A stretch of DNA of 64,000 nt from Octopus sinensis (GCF_006345805.1 NC_043019.1:10229360-10293359), one strand, 5' to 3'; counted from the stretch's first letter, positions 26,546 to 41,317 are shown. Notes: generated by a model not told the origin, from the letters alone. Translations and numbers: made by a program.

Positions 26546-27075
26546 ATATGCAAATGTGTGTGTGTATATGTGTATATGTATTTCTGAAAGCAGGGTGTGA
26601 GTGTATATATACATATGTGCTAAATTGGCTACCCATTCAATTTCTTCCTTGTATCATTTGCTCTCCCCCTCCCCAACTTCTCTCCTACTCATAGCCCTCC
26701 CTCTTAATACCTTTCCTTTCTTACTAGCCAGAACCCCATTCCCACACTGGACCACCGAATTATCTCTCCTCGTCCACAGGTCCTGACTTTCTCTCCTCAT
26801 CTCCTGTCGCCCACCTCTGTATCCTCATTTCTATCTTGCTCCCTTTTTCCAATCCTCTCCCTCCCCAAATCATGGATTAGGGCCTATCCCCACCACCATT
26901 TCCTACACTTCATCCCATCATCCCTACTCAATCCTTACAGACATTACCTACCTCCCCCACTCCATGCACTCTTACAAAACCCCTCCCACCCCTCCACACT
27001 CCTCAGTCTCCATTCAATTCCAATCTCATCATATCTTCAGGTGCCACATACATCAACACTTCTCAACTCCACTTC

Positions 27076-27119
<44 letters not shown>

Positions 27120-27548
27120 AACGAGAGGGGCTATGTAACTCCTTCACAACAACAATTTGTTCTGCCCTATCTCCTCTTGTACCCTAATCTCCTCACCTGC
27201 TTGTGTAAAACCCCTCCCTTGGGATTTCGTAGCCTTGTTGCATCCTACATGTGGATCTCATTAGTGGTGGTGGGTGAAGAGAAAACCAACCTCCTCCTCC
27301 TAGAGTTAAGTGGTTGGCATTAGGAAGAACATCTGGCCGTAGGAACCAAGCTAAGGATGGCACTGGTGCATGATGCGGTCCTGGGACCCACTGAGTCCAA
27401 TCTTGCTCTGCATGGAAAACGGATGTTAAATGATGATGATAAATAGAAGTATATATATATATATATATATACATATGTAAACACATATATGTATGTGTAT
27501 GTATATATAGTATATACATGTACATACATACAAATATGTGTGTGCATG

Positions 27549-27581
<33 letters not shown>

Positions 27582-28334
27582 TTATCCTTTTATGTTAGTT
27601 AATTCCTGGACTACTGTATTAATTATTCTAATTTGTTTAGTCACCAACTTTGATAATTTCTTTGTTTATTTGGCAAGTGAAGGTTACACATGCATGACCA
27701 TCACTATGGAAATGTTTTCCATCTAACAACCAAGGCTGTCATAGAAGAAATAAAGATTCTGTGAGTGCATGGGTGGTTACACTGCAGTTTTTTTGTAACT
27801 CTTGGGTGACAAATGGGGAGTCGTGACTTATTTAGTATCTGTTTCCCCAGAATCCCACCCTGTTCTGTGGTCCCAAAAGGAAAGGCAGTTGCCTATACTT
27901 CTGGTATCAATTTAACCTAGGGTACTTATGAAGGGGAAAAATGGAATAGTAACATCTTGTGTTTTTAATAGGATTTCTGCCTTTAACCAAATATTACCAT
28001 TCTGTATGTAGCTGGTTTATATTTCATTTAATTTTTAAAAAGATATTTGTTAAAATGTAATTTCCATTTTGTTTTTTGATATTTCTTATATTTTTCTATC
28101 TGAATGTGTGTGAAAATGTATGTGTACCAAGAAGGAAAATATTACTGGCTGTTCAATGTGTATAGTAAGTAAATCTCTTTAGTAGATAAATACATGTACA
28201 GATAGTAAGTTAATATAAGACAGGATAACGATAATTAGAAAAGTGGCTATATACAAAAATTAATGCAAACAAAACACCAGAAATTTCAAAAGTGGGTTGG
28301 TTTTTAAACCTTGATTTCATTATCAATATCCATT

Positions 28335-28548
28335 CTACAGGTTTACCTCTATACTATGTTTATATCTTTCTACTATAATAGGTTTTGCTCTTTAATACAG
28401 CTCTACCTTTGTACTATAGTTATAGTTCTATACTTCAGGTTATAATTCTATACTATAAGTCTACCTCTCTACAATAAGCCGGCCTCTATACTACAAGTAT
28501 ACTACAGATCCACCTCTGTACTATAAGCCTATCTATGTGCTATACTAA
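28335..28548. repeat. Degenerate minisatellite with a unit of about 20 bp
   Basis: Repeated ctacctctatactatagg-like unit. Confidence 0.6.
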
Positions 28549-29178
28549 AGGTCTCCCAAGCCAGCTCTCCAAATCAGTTCAGCAACAACCTAAACCTGAT
28601 CAAAACATGTTTTAGCAAGATCTCCATATCTTGATCAAAGCATAAATTCATAGATCTTCATTGTTTCATGATGTTAAATTATGTCTTTGATTTCATTCCT
28701 TAGACTAGAATTTTTATTTAAATCGTAACAAACCCTATCTTGTTTCATTATTTCACATGTTTTCATTATTTCTTTGATTTTTAAAGCATAACATTTTTCC
28801 CTTTTGATAAAGGTTTTGATTAGATTTTTAATTTTATTCTGTAGCCAAAGTTGTTTTAAGCATAACACACAAACACTTGCATGAAGGTAGGAAAGAATAA
28901 ACTGAATATTATACAAGTGGGGCCCATGGAAAAATCCACATTTTATTATAATATTTTTTTATTTCTTGATTTGATGTGTAAATTTACAAATCTTCAAAAC
29001 AGTCTTTAATTTTGTTCTGTAGTTAAGGTTGTTTAAAGTATAACACTTGAACACACAAACATCATATCAAGCAGAATATTATTATAGATAAAGGTGGTGG
29101 TGGTGGTGATGATGATACTAACTATTATTAATAATAATATAATTAGAAAGAATTATTAGTGTTGTTGTTGTTATTATT

Positions 29179-30065
29179 AAAGTGATGAGGTAGCAGAGCT
29201 GTTAGCAGCATCTCTTCCATCTTTACGTTCTGAGTTCAAATGCTGTCACGGTTGACTTTGCTGGTCATCCTTTTGAAATTAATGAAATAATTAGCAGTTG
29301 AGCAGTGGGGCCAATGTAATTGATGAGCCCCCTCCTCTATAATTTCAGGCCTTGTGCCTAGAGTAGAAATTATTATTATTGGCAGAATCGTTAGCACACT
29401 GGACAAGAAGCTTAGTGGTATTCCATCTGTCTTTGTGTTTTGATCTCAAATTCTACTGAGGCTGGCTTGGCCTTTCATTTTTTGGGGGGTCAATAAAATA
29501 AGGACCAGTTGAGTGCTGCAGTTGATATAATCAACTTATCCCCTCCTCCCACAAATTTCAGGCCTTGTGCCTATAGTAGAAAGCATTATTATTATTTTTA
29601 ATATCATTATTATTAAGGTGGTGAACTGGCAGAACCGTTAGCACACTGGGCAAATGCTTGGTGGCATTTCGTCTGTCCTTACATTCTGAGTTCAAATTCT
29701 GCCAAGGTTGACTTTGCCTTTCCTCCTTTTAGGGTCAATGAAATAAGTACCAGTTATGCTTTGGGGTCGATGTAATTGATTTATTCTCTCCCCCAAAATT
29801 TCAGGCCTTGTGTCTATAGTAGAAAGGATTATTATTATTATTATCATCATCATCAAGGTAGTGAACTATCAGAGTTGTTAGCCAGGCAAAATGCTCACGG
29901 GTATTTTGTCTGTCTTTACATTCTGAGTTCAAGTTCCACCAAGATTGACTTTGCCTTTACTCCTTTCAGGGTCAATAAAATAAGTACCAGTTATACACTG
30001 AGGTTGATCTAAATGATTTACTCCATTACCTGAAATTGCTGGCCTTGTGCCAAAATTTGAAATTA
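29179..30065 (+). mobile_element. Head-to-tail array of four tRNA-derived SINEs
   Basis: Four copies of gttag...tctgagttcaaat...ctttcatccttt.ggggtcaataaaataagtaccag...ggccttgtgcc, separated by (ATT)n tails. Confidence 0.8.
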
Positions 30066-30148
30066 TTATTATCTTCTTTCAATTTTGTTTCCATTTCTTG
30101 CCAAGTGTCTTCCTGACATCTAGGGCAAAGAAACTCACATTGGTAGAC

Positions 30149-30200
<52 letters not shown>

Positions 30201-32319
30201 TCAATGGCTCCAGATATTATGTGATTAACATTGCCATAAATACAATGTCTGAAATGAGGTTTTAATTTAAACAATAATGCTGTTTTTTAAATTGCATCTG
30301 GTAAAATTTTATATATTTTATTTATTTATCTTCTTTTTTTTTCATTTTCAAATAAAATGTACCCACTCTAACCATACATATCAACTTTTGCTACTGAAAT
30401 AATTTTGTAATAAACTTTTTAAAAATCCAAAATTAACAGAAAAAAAGAAAAAATTTCAATGCACAATGATTATTATGTTTTTGGTTATTTAAATGACATA
30501 TCAATATTTGTTTAATATGTATGAAATTGCAGTCTTAACAAAAATAAAGTTGCTTGTGATATTAAGGACTTAATATACTAATTGAGACCATTTTGATAAT
30601 TAATGTCAGCCTAGACTAGTGAGAGCAATATTTGCTTTGGACTCTGTAATCATCTCATTGTTATTATCAGTGGATTGGCAGAACTATTCAGGGTGTTGGA
30701 CAAACTACCTTGTTGGATTTATGGCAGTATTTTGCATTTTGAGTTCAAATATCACCTACATCAACTTTGCCTTTCTTTCTTCCAGGGTAGATAAACTAAA
30801 GAACCACTCAAGCACTGAGTTCAATCTAGTCAACCAGCCCCACTCACCTTCACCTCCCCTTTGTGTCTAAATTGGAAATAGAATCATAGACTGAAACTAT
30901 TGGTAGAATGAAGGAGAAAATGTTTGGCAGTCGTTAGTTGTGGGGCTGACGGTCCACTGAACCATGAAATGCTCCTGCATTCCACCACCACTTTTGCCAT
31001 TTTCCAACTTCCCAACAACTCAGCCTCAGTCTTCTATCTGTATGGCAAGCAATCTGGGATTGTTCTTCCATCACACTCAACACCTGATAGAGAACCACCG
31101 CCCCTGCTGCCCCCTCTCAAATACGATCTCCCACTTTCTTATAGGAAAGAAAGTTTTTTCCTTCTTTTCTTCCCCACTTTTTCTCTCCTTCCTTTTCTTG
31201 CTTTGTAAGTCACTAAGCAACATTTGCTAGTGTCAGCGACATGAAAAAAGCACCCAGTATACTTTGCAAAGTGGTTGGCGTTAGAAAGGGCCTCCCTCAA
31301 TAAAAACCATACCGAAACTGACATTTGGACTTATTGTAGCCTTATGCTTTCTCAGATCCTATTAAATCACCGGCTCATGGATATATTTATTTCACCTGTT
31401 GGCATCCATCACCATTACACTCACACACTGACAATAAATACATGCATCACTGATGAAGACAGCTCCATCACGACCCAGGATTACCTCCCACTCTTCAGTA
31501 TAACCAACTGGAAACTAACTTTTCTACACAAATATTTTTTCCGTTTTTTTAAATGGGAAGCTTTGTTGCCCGAAATGAAACAGGATGGACTCCATATGAA
31601 GTTCCTTTTAGCTATGAATCTCTCTATATTTGTATTACTCTTCAGGCTATTATTCTAAAACACATTCTTATTCAATTGGTGCTGTCTTACTTTTGATCCT
31701 TTCAGAGTCGATCAAAATATCATCCGTCAATCACTGAATTCGATATCTTGGATTGTGCTCTTTTGCTCTTGTAAATTGGATAACTAATTATATTCAAGTA
31801 CGATCACTCTGGGTTGCTTAACTTCGAGTGGAGGGAATGAAGAGGTGAAGGAAGTTATCTCCCTTGTCATTAGAATATTAAAAAGAAGTCTGCTTTCTGA
31901 TCTGAAGAAAATGACGTAACCTAAGAATTCGCTTTATTCTTTTATCCTTTTTTAATTGTTTCAGTCATTAGATAACGGCCATACTGGAGCACCACATTGA
32001 AGATATTTTAGTCGATTGAATCGATCCCAGTACTTTTTTTCTTATTTCTAAGCCTGGTACGTAAACACACCAAGCCTAGTTGACAAGCGGTGGTTTCACT
32101 CACTCACACACACACACACTCATACACATCTATATATGTCGGGCTTCTTTCACTTTGTGTCTACCGAATCCAAACACAAAGAAAAGAAGGTACTTGCCTA
32201 AGTAGGACTGAACCCGCAACCATGTGACTGCTATGAAGGAAGCTTCTTACCACACCTTTAGATGAAACATTTTTTTCGAAGATTGTTTTCTTTGAAAGAT
32301 CCTACACGCTGTAAATCTT

Positions 32320-33000
32320 TTTTATTATCGAACTTGGACACAATGCAGCAATGGATTGGTAACTGGTAACTCAAGCTGCATGTTGACAAGTGCACCACGA
32401 TACATTTTGTGAAGTAAAAGCTGGAATTTTAACTTTTCCTTCCACTACACCATAAAAAGGCTGCTGGTGAGCATCACTTTGGTATTATTGTTAGCAATGA
32501 TCTGCTTTGAATGAGCCGTATTTCTTAAATCGTCAAAACCGCTGAAGGTGTCTTAACATCACCCAGTAACACCTTTGTCAGCCACTCACCAACTATCTCT
32601 AGAAAACTATATATAGCTATAAAGCATCAACCCTTAATTTTGTATCTCCTGTCTGGGACACCCATCTTGTCCAACCTTATCTGCTGGAGGTTGTCCAGAG
32701 ACGTACAATAAACGTTGGTCACTTTATCGAATGCTGAACATTTTGCTTCTCTGGGTATGGATTAACTAAAGTTAATAGGATCCCACAAGATTATTCACCA
32801 TCTTTCCAAAGATAACTTTGGCCAACTTTTGAAATCAATTCTTCATTTCAACTCGTGGACATGCTTATAAAATTAAATGAAAATAAAACAGTAGAGAAAC
32901 CCATGATTTTCAGAGACATTCTTTCATGTTCAGAATTGTCGAAGTATGAAATAAACTCCCCGTGTCAGCTGTTATATGTCAGGGCTCATCACCTTCAAAT
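32320..33000 (+). mobile_element. CR1-clade LINE remnant (RT C-terminus)
   Basis: LDTMQQWIGNW*LKLHVDKC, RKLYIA, SPVW, LEVVQRR and TRGHAYK. Confidence 0.72.
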
Positions 33001-33608
33001 ATTTCATGCTTCCTGAAATTCTCACGACCCCTAACGTGCCTATGAACTCTAAGCTCCCTTTTATGGCTTGTTTGCTGTCCCTTTGTCTAACTCTTCGTGT
33101 TGTATTCAATGTACTGTGTACGTCTAGCTTTTCATTGCAGTCTTTCTTCACTTGATTTGTGGCTGCTTTCTGTCTCCACAATTTCAACCTTTTGGTGAGC
33201 TGCAGAGAACCTGAATGTTGCACGCAATAATCACATTTTTTGTTATTGTCGTTAAAAAGATGTATCCAACAATAAGACACGAGTGCATGCTTAAGAACTT
33301 GATTTGCAACCACGTGGTCCCTGTTTCGATCCCACTGATCGATTATTGAACGGGAGAAAAAGTACTCAATACTGAAGGAGTAATTTACACGGACTGCACC
33401 AGTCGTCTTTTGCTGTGGAACAGCCAAAATATATTGCTTCCCCATCCCCTACATACGTATCCGAAAATCTCCCTAGGAGTGGAGTAAGAATAATGTAAGC
33501 ATATTCTTTCTGATTTTAAAATTTATTTAAGTTCTTCGATTTATACTTTTCTGTTTAATATACATACATATGTACATAGGCGTCGGTGTGTGGTAAGAAG
33601 CTTACTTC

Positions 33609-34499
33609 CGGTTTGACGACGTCGTTCGTGGTTTTTTCTGTGCGCTGTGAGTTAGCGTTTTTATTGTTGAAATTCTGTTATTTGTTGTAAATTATTGTTA
33701 AAGACTGCTATTTTATAACTGTTGTCTGTTTGCAGGCTTTGTTGAAATGTTTTCTTTGCCGATATACCGGGAAATAGTAAAATTTCTGTGGCCATTTTTA
33801 ACTGAGTACATTTTTATAATTTAGCTTTTGTAGACATTGTTGAACTGCGCCCCTTCCCAAACGGGGGTGGGATTTGAACTGTTGTTCCTCCTGCGAGGAA
33901 GTAATTTTTGAACGTAAAAAAAGAAAGAAACCTATAATTTTTTTCTTCTGGACCCCCCCCCCCCCTATTTTTCAGCGGCTTCACTGAGCTGCGCCATTTC
34001 CCATGACTGGGGTGGGATTTGAACTTATATTGATTACAAAAGAAAAAAATTGGAACTGTTCGTTTTTCCGTATGTTTTCTACTAATTTATCTCGACCGAA
34101 ATGTCGGTGGAGACAATCAGGGGAAAATGCTCTCTCGAAGAGAGGGATGCTTTGGAAGCTAACCAAGCCCCAAACCAAGTTACCAAAGGCTTTGCGGCAG
34201 TCGCCACTGTACAAACGGAAAGTCTGGAGATCCCACTGGGAGACCTCCAGGAGATGTTCAAAAGATTGACGATGGAGGAGAGCGATGTAAAAACATGGCC
34301 TCCCCGTTTTGCTCTGAAGGAAAAAAAGATGATACATATGGACCAGAATGAAACTGGAAAGTGTCTGGCACTAATATGGAATGACATTATTTACGTAACA
34401 AGATGAGGGAAATTTGGCACAATAGAAGCCTGGTTTAGGACGATAGAGAAGGCCCGCGAGCACGCTGTCTGCCCGTTGAAGACAAAGGAAGTGGTGCTT
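33609..34499 (+). mobile_element. 5' part of a gag-like ORF1 element (L1/Tx1-like), truncated at the I-group LINE
   Basis: KKMIHMDQNETGKCLALIWNDIIYVTR*GKFGTIEAWFRTIEKAREHA aligns by eye with the ORF1 at 48900-49120. Confidence 0.65.
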
Positions 34500-37400
34500 C
34501 TGTTGTTGTTGTTGTTGGTCACTTCAAGCGCTTGAGGATAATTCTTAGAAGCGCTAGAGCCGCGGAAGGGAGACGAATCATCTCATCCATTGTAGCCCCT
34601 ACTTGGCGGATATAGCGTTTCACCACCAGGGCCGGACATCTCAGCCAGAGATGTCCTGCAGATTCCACCTCCTCGTTACAGAGTCTGCATTGATCTGTGT
34701 CGCTGCGTCCTGCCATCTTTTGCCACCGCCTGAGTGCCGGATGATGACCACCACTACGGAAGCCGTATCATGTCTGTTTCGGCTCTTTCATCTGGCTTCT
34801 TTGTGGATACTTCCTTCAGACGGGGGTTTTGAATTGGCGTTGGCTGGAACGTTCGACGAATAACCACCTGACGAATGGCTGTATCGATAGCGGCATCCGG
34901 TTGTGGCAGCACCGAGCCACGTTTCGCCTGCATATCTATTTCTTTACTACCCACAAGGGGCTAAACACAGAGAGGACAAACAAGGTCAGACAAACGGATT
35001 AAGTCGATTACATTGACCCCAGTGCATAACTGGTACTTATTTAATCGACCCCGAAAGGATGAAAGGCAAAGTCGACCTCAGCGGAATTTGAACTCAGTAC
35101 GTAGCGGCAGACGAAATACTGCTAAGCATTTCGCCCGGCGTACTAACGTTTCTGCCAGCTCGCCGAGTTCATTGCCGCGGAGTTTGCAATGGCCCGGTAC
35201 CCAGATCACCGTCAAAATCTTGTCAGCTGCTACAAGGGCTGCTGTTTGTTGCAATTCTCTAATTGTCGGGTCTGCGGGGAACGGGTTGCCTAGCGCTTCA
35301 ACCAATGATTTTCAATCGCAGACTGTTGCTGCGGAGGCCCAGTTGTCATTGGCTTGTAGCCATCGGAGGGCTTTGTTAAATGCTGCTCTCTCGGAGCGGA
35401 ATGAGATGCTGTGAGCAGCAGTCAAGGCGTGCCACTCGTGGACCACCGCATCGTGTATTAGCACCACCACACCGGCGCCGCCGTTTGTTGTGCTTTCACT
35501 AGTCGAGCCATCAGTGTAAAGGAGTATGTCAGGGGAATTGGGTAGGCTGGCAAGAGTTTGTTGAGCTGCCATCGACGGGCATCTGCTTCGTGGTGGGAGT
35601 GTAGACGGCAGTAAGGGAAGGGGGATTTTCCCATGGCGGAGGTGGACGCCGTACCTTGGAGAGGGGGGACGGGGGACAATGTTCAGTCGTGCTAAGGCTG
35701 GGAGTTGTTGACTTCTCCAGTCTGTCCGCTTGAGTCGTTTGTGGGTGTAGGTGTTGAGAACTTTATAACGTTCATCGTCTTGTGGTAGGTTTACCTATGC
35801 ACCTGCTTTGAGGAGTGAGAGAGTAGAAAAGCGAGATGCAAGTGTTAGTAATTGGGCTTCTGCAAGGACCGCTTTGGTAGGAGTCGAGAGTCTAGCTGCC
35901 TCTAGTTGCCTTCTCTCAAGTTTGCCGATGTTTGTGGCTGACAACCAGAGAGTCCAGGATGGCGCTGCATATTCTGCTAGGCTGCGTTGAGTGGCAATGT
36001 AGACCTGACGGAGATCTGCCTTATGCCGAATAGGGCACGGAGCAGATTATTTCGCCCCTGCATCGTACGACAGATGTTACTGACATGCTCGCCGAAGGTG
36101 AGTTGTCGGTCGTAGGTGACCCCTAGGAATTTAGGGTTGGGATTATGGGCTAGAGGTGCTCCGCTGATGTTGATTATCGGTTTCCACTTTGATTCCGCGC
36201 TGTCTATGCTGAGGAAACTGGTCTCGCACTTAGAAGTGTTTAACGTTAATCTTGCACTTTGATACCACACGGCCACCTTGTCTACTTCTTTCTGTAGAGC
36301 AACCGCGGCGTCTTCTTTCTTCTTACCCCTGCATGCGATCGCCAAGTCATCTGCATAGGCGCTGACGTGGGTATTTTCATTGAACTGGCCGAGGAGACTA
36401 TTGATGTAGATGGTAAAAGGTATGGGGTAGAGAAGTGCACCTTGCGGTAGGGCCTCTTTGAAGACTCGACTTCTGCCGGTTGTGGTATTGATGCGAACTC
36501 TGGCCGTACGGTTGGTAAACCAAGTCGTGAGCCAGTCAACGAAATGTAGGGGAACGTCTAACCTCAGCATATTCTGCAGTAGTCCGGGCCTCCACACACG
36601 ATCATATGCCTTGCTGAAATCGAAGAATGTAGCGGTGGTGCGAAAGCGCTGCGATGATTGGAACCCGTCTGCGATGAATTGGGACAATCGAAGGCACTGA
36701 TCTGTTGTACTGCGACCTTTCCGGAAGCCAGCCTGCCAGGGACTGAAGATTGAGCTTTCTTCAAGCCACCAGGTAAGCCGGTTAGCGATCGTTTTTTCAA
36801 GAAGTTTCCCCACGGTTGAGGTTAGGTCGATTGGTCGATTACTCCCTACATCTGTCGGATCTTTCCCTTTTTTGAGGAAGGGAATGACGGTTGCTGTTCG
36901 CCACGACTGAGGGCACCATCTCTCCATCCAACTACTGTTGAGAATGGTGAGTAGTTCGATTTTTGCCGACATGGTCATGTGTTTTAGTAGGTCGGGTGCG
37001 ATCTCGTCTGAACCAGCTGCTTTATGCGGTTTGATTTGTTTCAGGGCAGCTGTCAATTCATCGAGGGTGAAGGCTTCTTCAATCTGTTGTCGTGGGCCTT
37101 TCATTTCTTGCTCTCGAGCAATCTTTCTGGTTGGTTTAGAACTCTTCCTTATGCTGATGGCGACTCTTGCACGAAAGCCGAAGTTTTCCCTCGCTCATTG
37201 GCGTTGACGGCACTTCCCGGTATTAGAGATTGGTTTACCGGAGAGGGCCTTAACTACTGTCCATGCTTGTCGGGTGTCCTTTGTGTCGGATACTTCCTCC
37301 AGGCTTCCCGCTTTGCTTCTACGACTGCGAGTGTTTGTTGTTTGCAGGTGGCTTGCCACTCCTGTCTGTTGTTCTTGCGGTCTCACCCCAGTTTATTGCG

Positions 37401-38187
37401 TTTCTTGGTGAGCTCTTTGATTTCAGAGGTCATCCATGGAGTCTCCCTTGGACGGACGGCTTGAATTGGAACGGTTACGGACTCTGCTTCTTTGAGGATT
37501 CGTGAGAGAGCAGCCAATTTGCCGGGGGGGGGGGTCGTCTCTTTAGCCACTTCGGAGACGCCTTCACCGAGACGCTTTTGGAAGCATTTCCAATCTGCCT
37601 TTCGGTAATTGCGTCTGGTTGAACGGGTTGATCGTTCCATCTTCAGTTCTTCACGCCAGGTTATTATTATTGGAAGGTGATCTGAGCCAAGTTCGTTGAT
37701 GGTTTCCCACAAGAACTGCCATGGCAGTGTCAACAATCGTGAGGTCTAGGGTACTGACACCTGCGCCCTGTTGGTAAGGCACTGCTATTGTCGGCGAACC
37801 GTCATTCAGCGTGGTTTTGGATTGATCGTCGTCTGGCCAGCCGTCGATCAAGCCGCCTCTTGAGTCCGTTTTGGCGAACTCGTCGCATGTTGAGATCGCC
37901 ACAGATGAGACCTTGTGTTGTGGGAAGGTGATCGAGCCAGCCTGGGTGACCATTAGCGTTCTGGGCAGAGTCAGATTTTTGAGGTGGCAAGTAGACGTTT
38001 GTGACGGAAATTTGACGTCTTCTTGAAAGGTGGAGGACGACTTGTTGAAGTTCAAGCGGGTTTGTGGTCACTCTTGGTGGTACAGAGTACTGAATGCCGC
38101 TTCGGATGAACATCATCAGGCCACCCCCTCAGTGGAACTTGGTGCCGCTGCCCGGGCGATCTTTGCGGAGGGTATCGTATCCAGGAA
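34500..38187 (-). mobile_element. 5'-truncated I-group (Ingi-like) non-LTR retrotransposon: APE, RT, RNase H and Cys/His finger, with a (CAA)n tail
   Basis: APE motifs PGYDTLRKDR, NVYLPP, ICGDLN and GSDHLPI; RT motifs QAGFR, DFSKAYDRV, PQG and YADD; RNase H motifs YTDGS and WVPGHCKLRGNEL; CRLC...H...C; stop at 34519 followed by CAA repeats; several frameshifts. Confidence 0.92.
34937..35164 (-). mobile_element. Little-decayed tRNA-derived SINE inserted into the LINE RNase H domain
   Basis: Splits GNEL|DMQAK; CpG-intact head ggcgagctggcagaaacgttag...gagttcaaattccgc and core cctttcatcctttcggggtcgat. Confidence 0.88.
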
Positions 38188-39428
38188 TAAACCAAATACG
38201 AGAGTATAGACCAAATAAAAAATAACCAGCTTTCTGAATATCATCGACACACTCTCTGATCCTCTGTATGAACAATATTATGCTGTATGTTACACAATAT
38301 TTGCAATACAAATTCACTGATGATAAATTTAAATTTTAAGGAAATTTGAATAGCGACTCTGCATTATTAAAGTCTGTAATATTTATACTGCCTTTTTATT
38401 AATGATATATTAATACAAATAAATTGCGCCACCCGGGGTGGATCGGCCTCCCCACCCCCTCTTGATGCCCCACTGCACCCGAGTATCATATGGACCCTGG
38501 TTGAGAACCACCGTGGCAGACAATATTCCGTGCCGTGGGATTCCATCAACGGTGTAATGGTTGCAAGGAGGACTTCTTATCGACACACAGACAGACTATT
38601 TAACCAAACACAAACTCCTTTTTATCAAACAACAAACTTCATTCAACAATTCACAACAATTATTCCACCGTTTATTCTCATTTCTTTTTCTTTTTTATAG
38701 TGATTTTTTTGTTTTCCTCGTCATCATCTACTTTCTCTCCCCTCCCCTTCCTCCTCCTTCTCATAATTTCTTCTTCTTCTTCTTCTATTGTCCAGCTTGG
38801 TCATTCCCTCCTCTTCCCCTCTACCATCCATTCATCTATCACAATGTGTGTGTATGCCCGCGTGCATGTGTGAGTGTGCATGTGTGTGCATGTGTGTGTG
38901 TGTGTGTGTGTGTGTGCATGGAGAATCAAATATCACTGTCAAGTCAGACTGCCTGTCCGTGTGTCTGTTTGTCTCTCCTCGAGGCAGCCACTATAATGGA
39001 GGGCGTGAAAAGATTTAGTAAAGAGGGAGACGGAGAGAGAGAGAGGTGGGATGGACAACTGGTTTACAGCCGTTGTGTCTTTTCAACAACCCCAGCAGCT
39101 GGTGGTAAACAGGAGGGGGGGTGCTGAGATCAGAAATTGGAAGTTGTTGTTCAACCTAAAGTCATCCTTGATCGAGCTGACTTATAACCAAAGACGTTTC
39201 AGCCGTGACCATCCCCACTTTTTTTTTCTGCGTGCAGGCAATCCTGGATTACGTTATCCAACGTGACCTTTTTTTAATGCAGTAGGGTGTTATTTGAGGG
39301 ACAATTGGCTGCTACATCTATTAGGCTAAGATACTGTGATGAGGCCCACGAACGGGCGGAGATGTAGGAGGTGATGGTGGTGGTGGTGGTGATGGTGATG
39401 GTAGATGTTGGATGAAGGGGAGTGGCAG

Positions 39429-39481
<53 letters not shown>

Positions 39482-41283
39482 TGCGTGCGTGTAAAAAGAA
39501 GCCAGCAATGAGATAACTGTAGAAATGTGACTAAAACTTCGGATCTAAATCCCAAGAACAACTAAGATACATTTTCGGGCAAACGAATAAATTTATGTAA
39601 ATAATATTTCTTCCTTCTTGGTCTTGATTCTCCGATGTTTACTGGTTATTCCAACGCGAGAACAAAAAAGCGTGTAATATGCAACACAGGCATTAAACAA
39701 AAAGTAGAATAGAACAGAGTGGTGACATTTAGTAGAGATGACCCGGAAGTTGTTCCTCTTCAGTTACTATCGCAAACAGCAGTAGCTTTCTTTAACTGAA
39801 TACACGTCGTTGATTGGTTGAAATTATCCAAATACGACAACTTTAACACGAAATAACTTCTAAAAGACCAAATTTTGTCAAAAATGTTCAAAGTAAACCG
39901 TGTTCTGCGTGAGGCATTCCACCAGTATACGAAGTTTCAAACTGTTTCGTTAAAAAGAAATTTATTTAAAAATCTGTGAACCAAGTTGAACAGACCCATT
40001 TACGTATTTGTGTATCTGTGTTTGTCCCCTACCATCGCTTGACAGCCGATGTTGGGGAGTTTACGTCTCCGTACCTTAGCGATTCGGCAAAACAGACCGA
40101 TAGAATAAGTACTTGGCTTACAAAGAATTGAAACAAGTAAATGAACACACACATATATATATGTGTGTGTGTGTACGTGCGTGTACACACACATATGTAT
40201 AATTGTTTATGTATATGTGTACGTATACGTATGTGTCTGTGTACGTATGTGTGTGTGTGTGTGTGTGTGTGCATACAAGACCCATTTTACCTGTCACAGC
40301 TCATACAACTGAACGTCGACTCCTTCCGCGACAGCAAAACATGATCCCTTCCCCTTGCCCACTCCTTTCTTGCCTTTCTTCCCCCTTCTTTCTTCCCTTC
40401 CCTCTTCCTCTCTTATACACTGCCTCCATCTTTTCCCTCCCACCTTCTTTCCACAAAACAACAAAAAGCGCTCGACACCAGTTGGTGGTCCATTGTGGAG
40501 AGGCGGGAAGGAAGGAAGAACTGAAACTGAGATCTTGTTCCCTTTTCAACAATTTTCACACATCCAATTTTAGTAAACCCCACCCTCCCCGCCTCCCTCT
40601 TCTAGTCAATCCATAGTTGATATGATATACCCCCTTTCTTGATATATGCAATTGTTAAATTATCTGATTCTATTATACACCCGCAGACAAGATTTCACTC
40701 TATACACATTGGTTGTTCATTTACCTGTTATTATATACTCAGTGGGTTTGGCCGTGTATACACGGTTATTCATTCAATTATCTGATATTATACATACCGG
40801 CATCCTACTGTTTGCAGACAACAACGGGGTTGTTGGATTATTTGAATCAGCGGAAGCCATAAACGCTTCACTCATTTTGTGGCCGAGATTTTGCTCTCAA
40901 CATTTCTGATTTTTGATGTGGAAGAAATAATTGGATGCTGATGCTGGAGAATAACCCCAGTTTATACGTTCAATATAACTTCTTACTTTCTACTAAACCC
41001 TGGGCCCTGGGGGCTGTTCCGGGGATTGAACAACAACAGCAACAGCTTCATTCTTATTGACTTAATTCCGAAGGATATTCTTTGTGGTCGCCGGATATAA
41101 CAACTTCATCTTTCAGTGTCTAAATGGGAAAATCAGATATTAACGTCTGGAACATCTTCCTTCCAACTCCACTTTTCATTTACTCCATCACGACTGACCC
41201 GTGCATAAACAACGACAATAACAACAGCATCAACAAGAAGGATCTCGAATTTCTTTACTCCTATTATTGTACTGGAACTTGCC

Positions 41284-41317
<34 letters not shown>

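Noticed and set aside
32972-33445. 157-aa minus-strand ORF
   Set aside because: Spans CR1 3' sequence and SINE fragments, with no domain or splice support.
40740-40900. ILLFADN RT-like peptide
   Set aside because: Probably a tiny LINE remnant, but too short to call.
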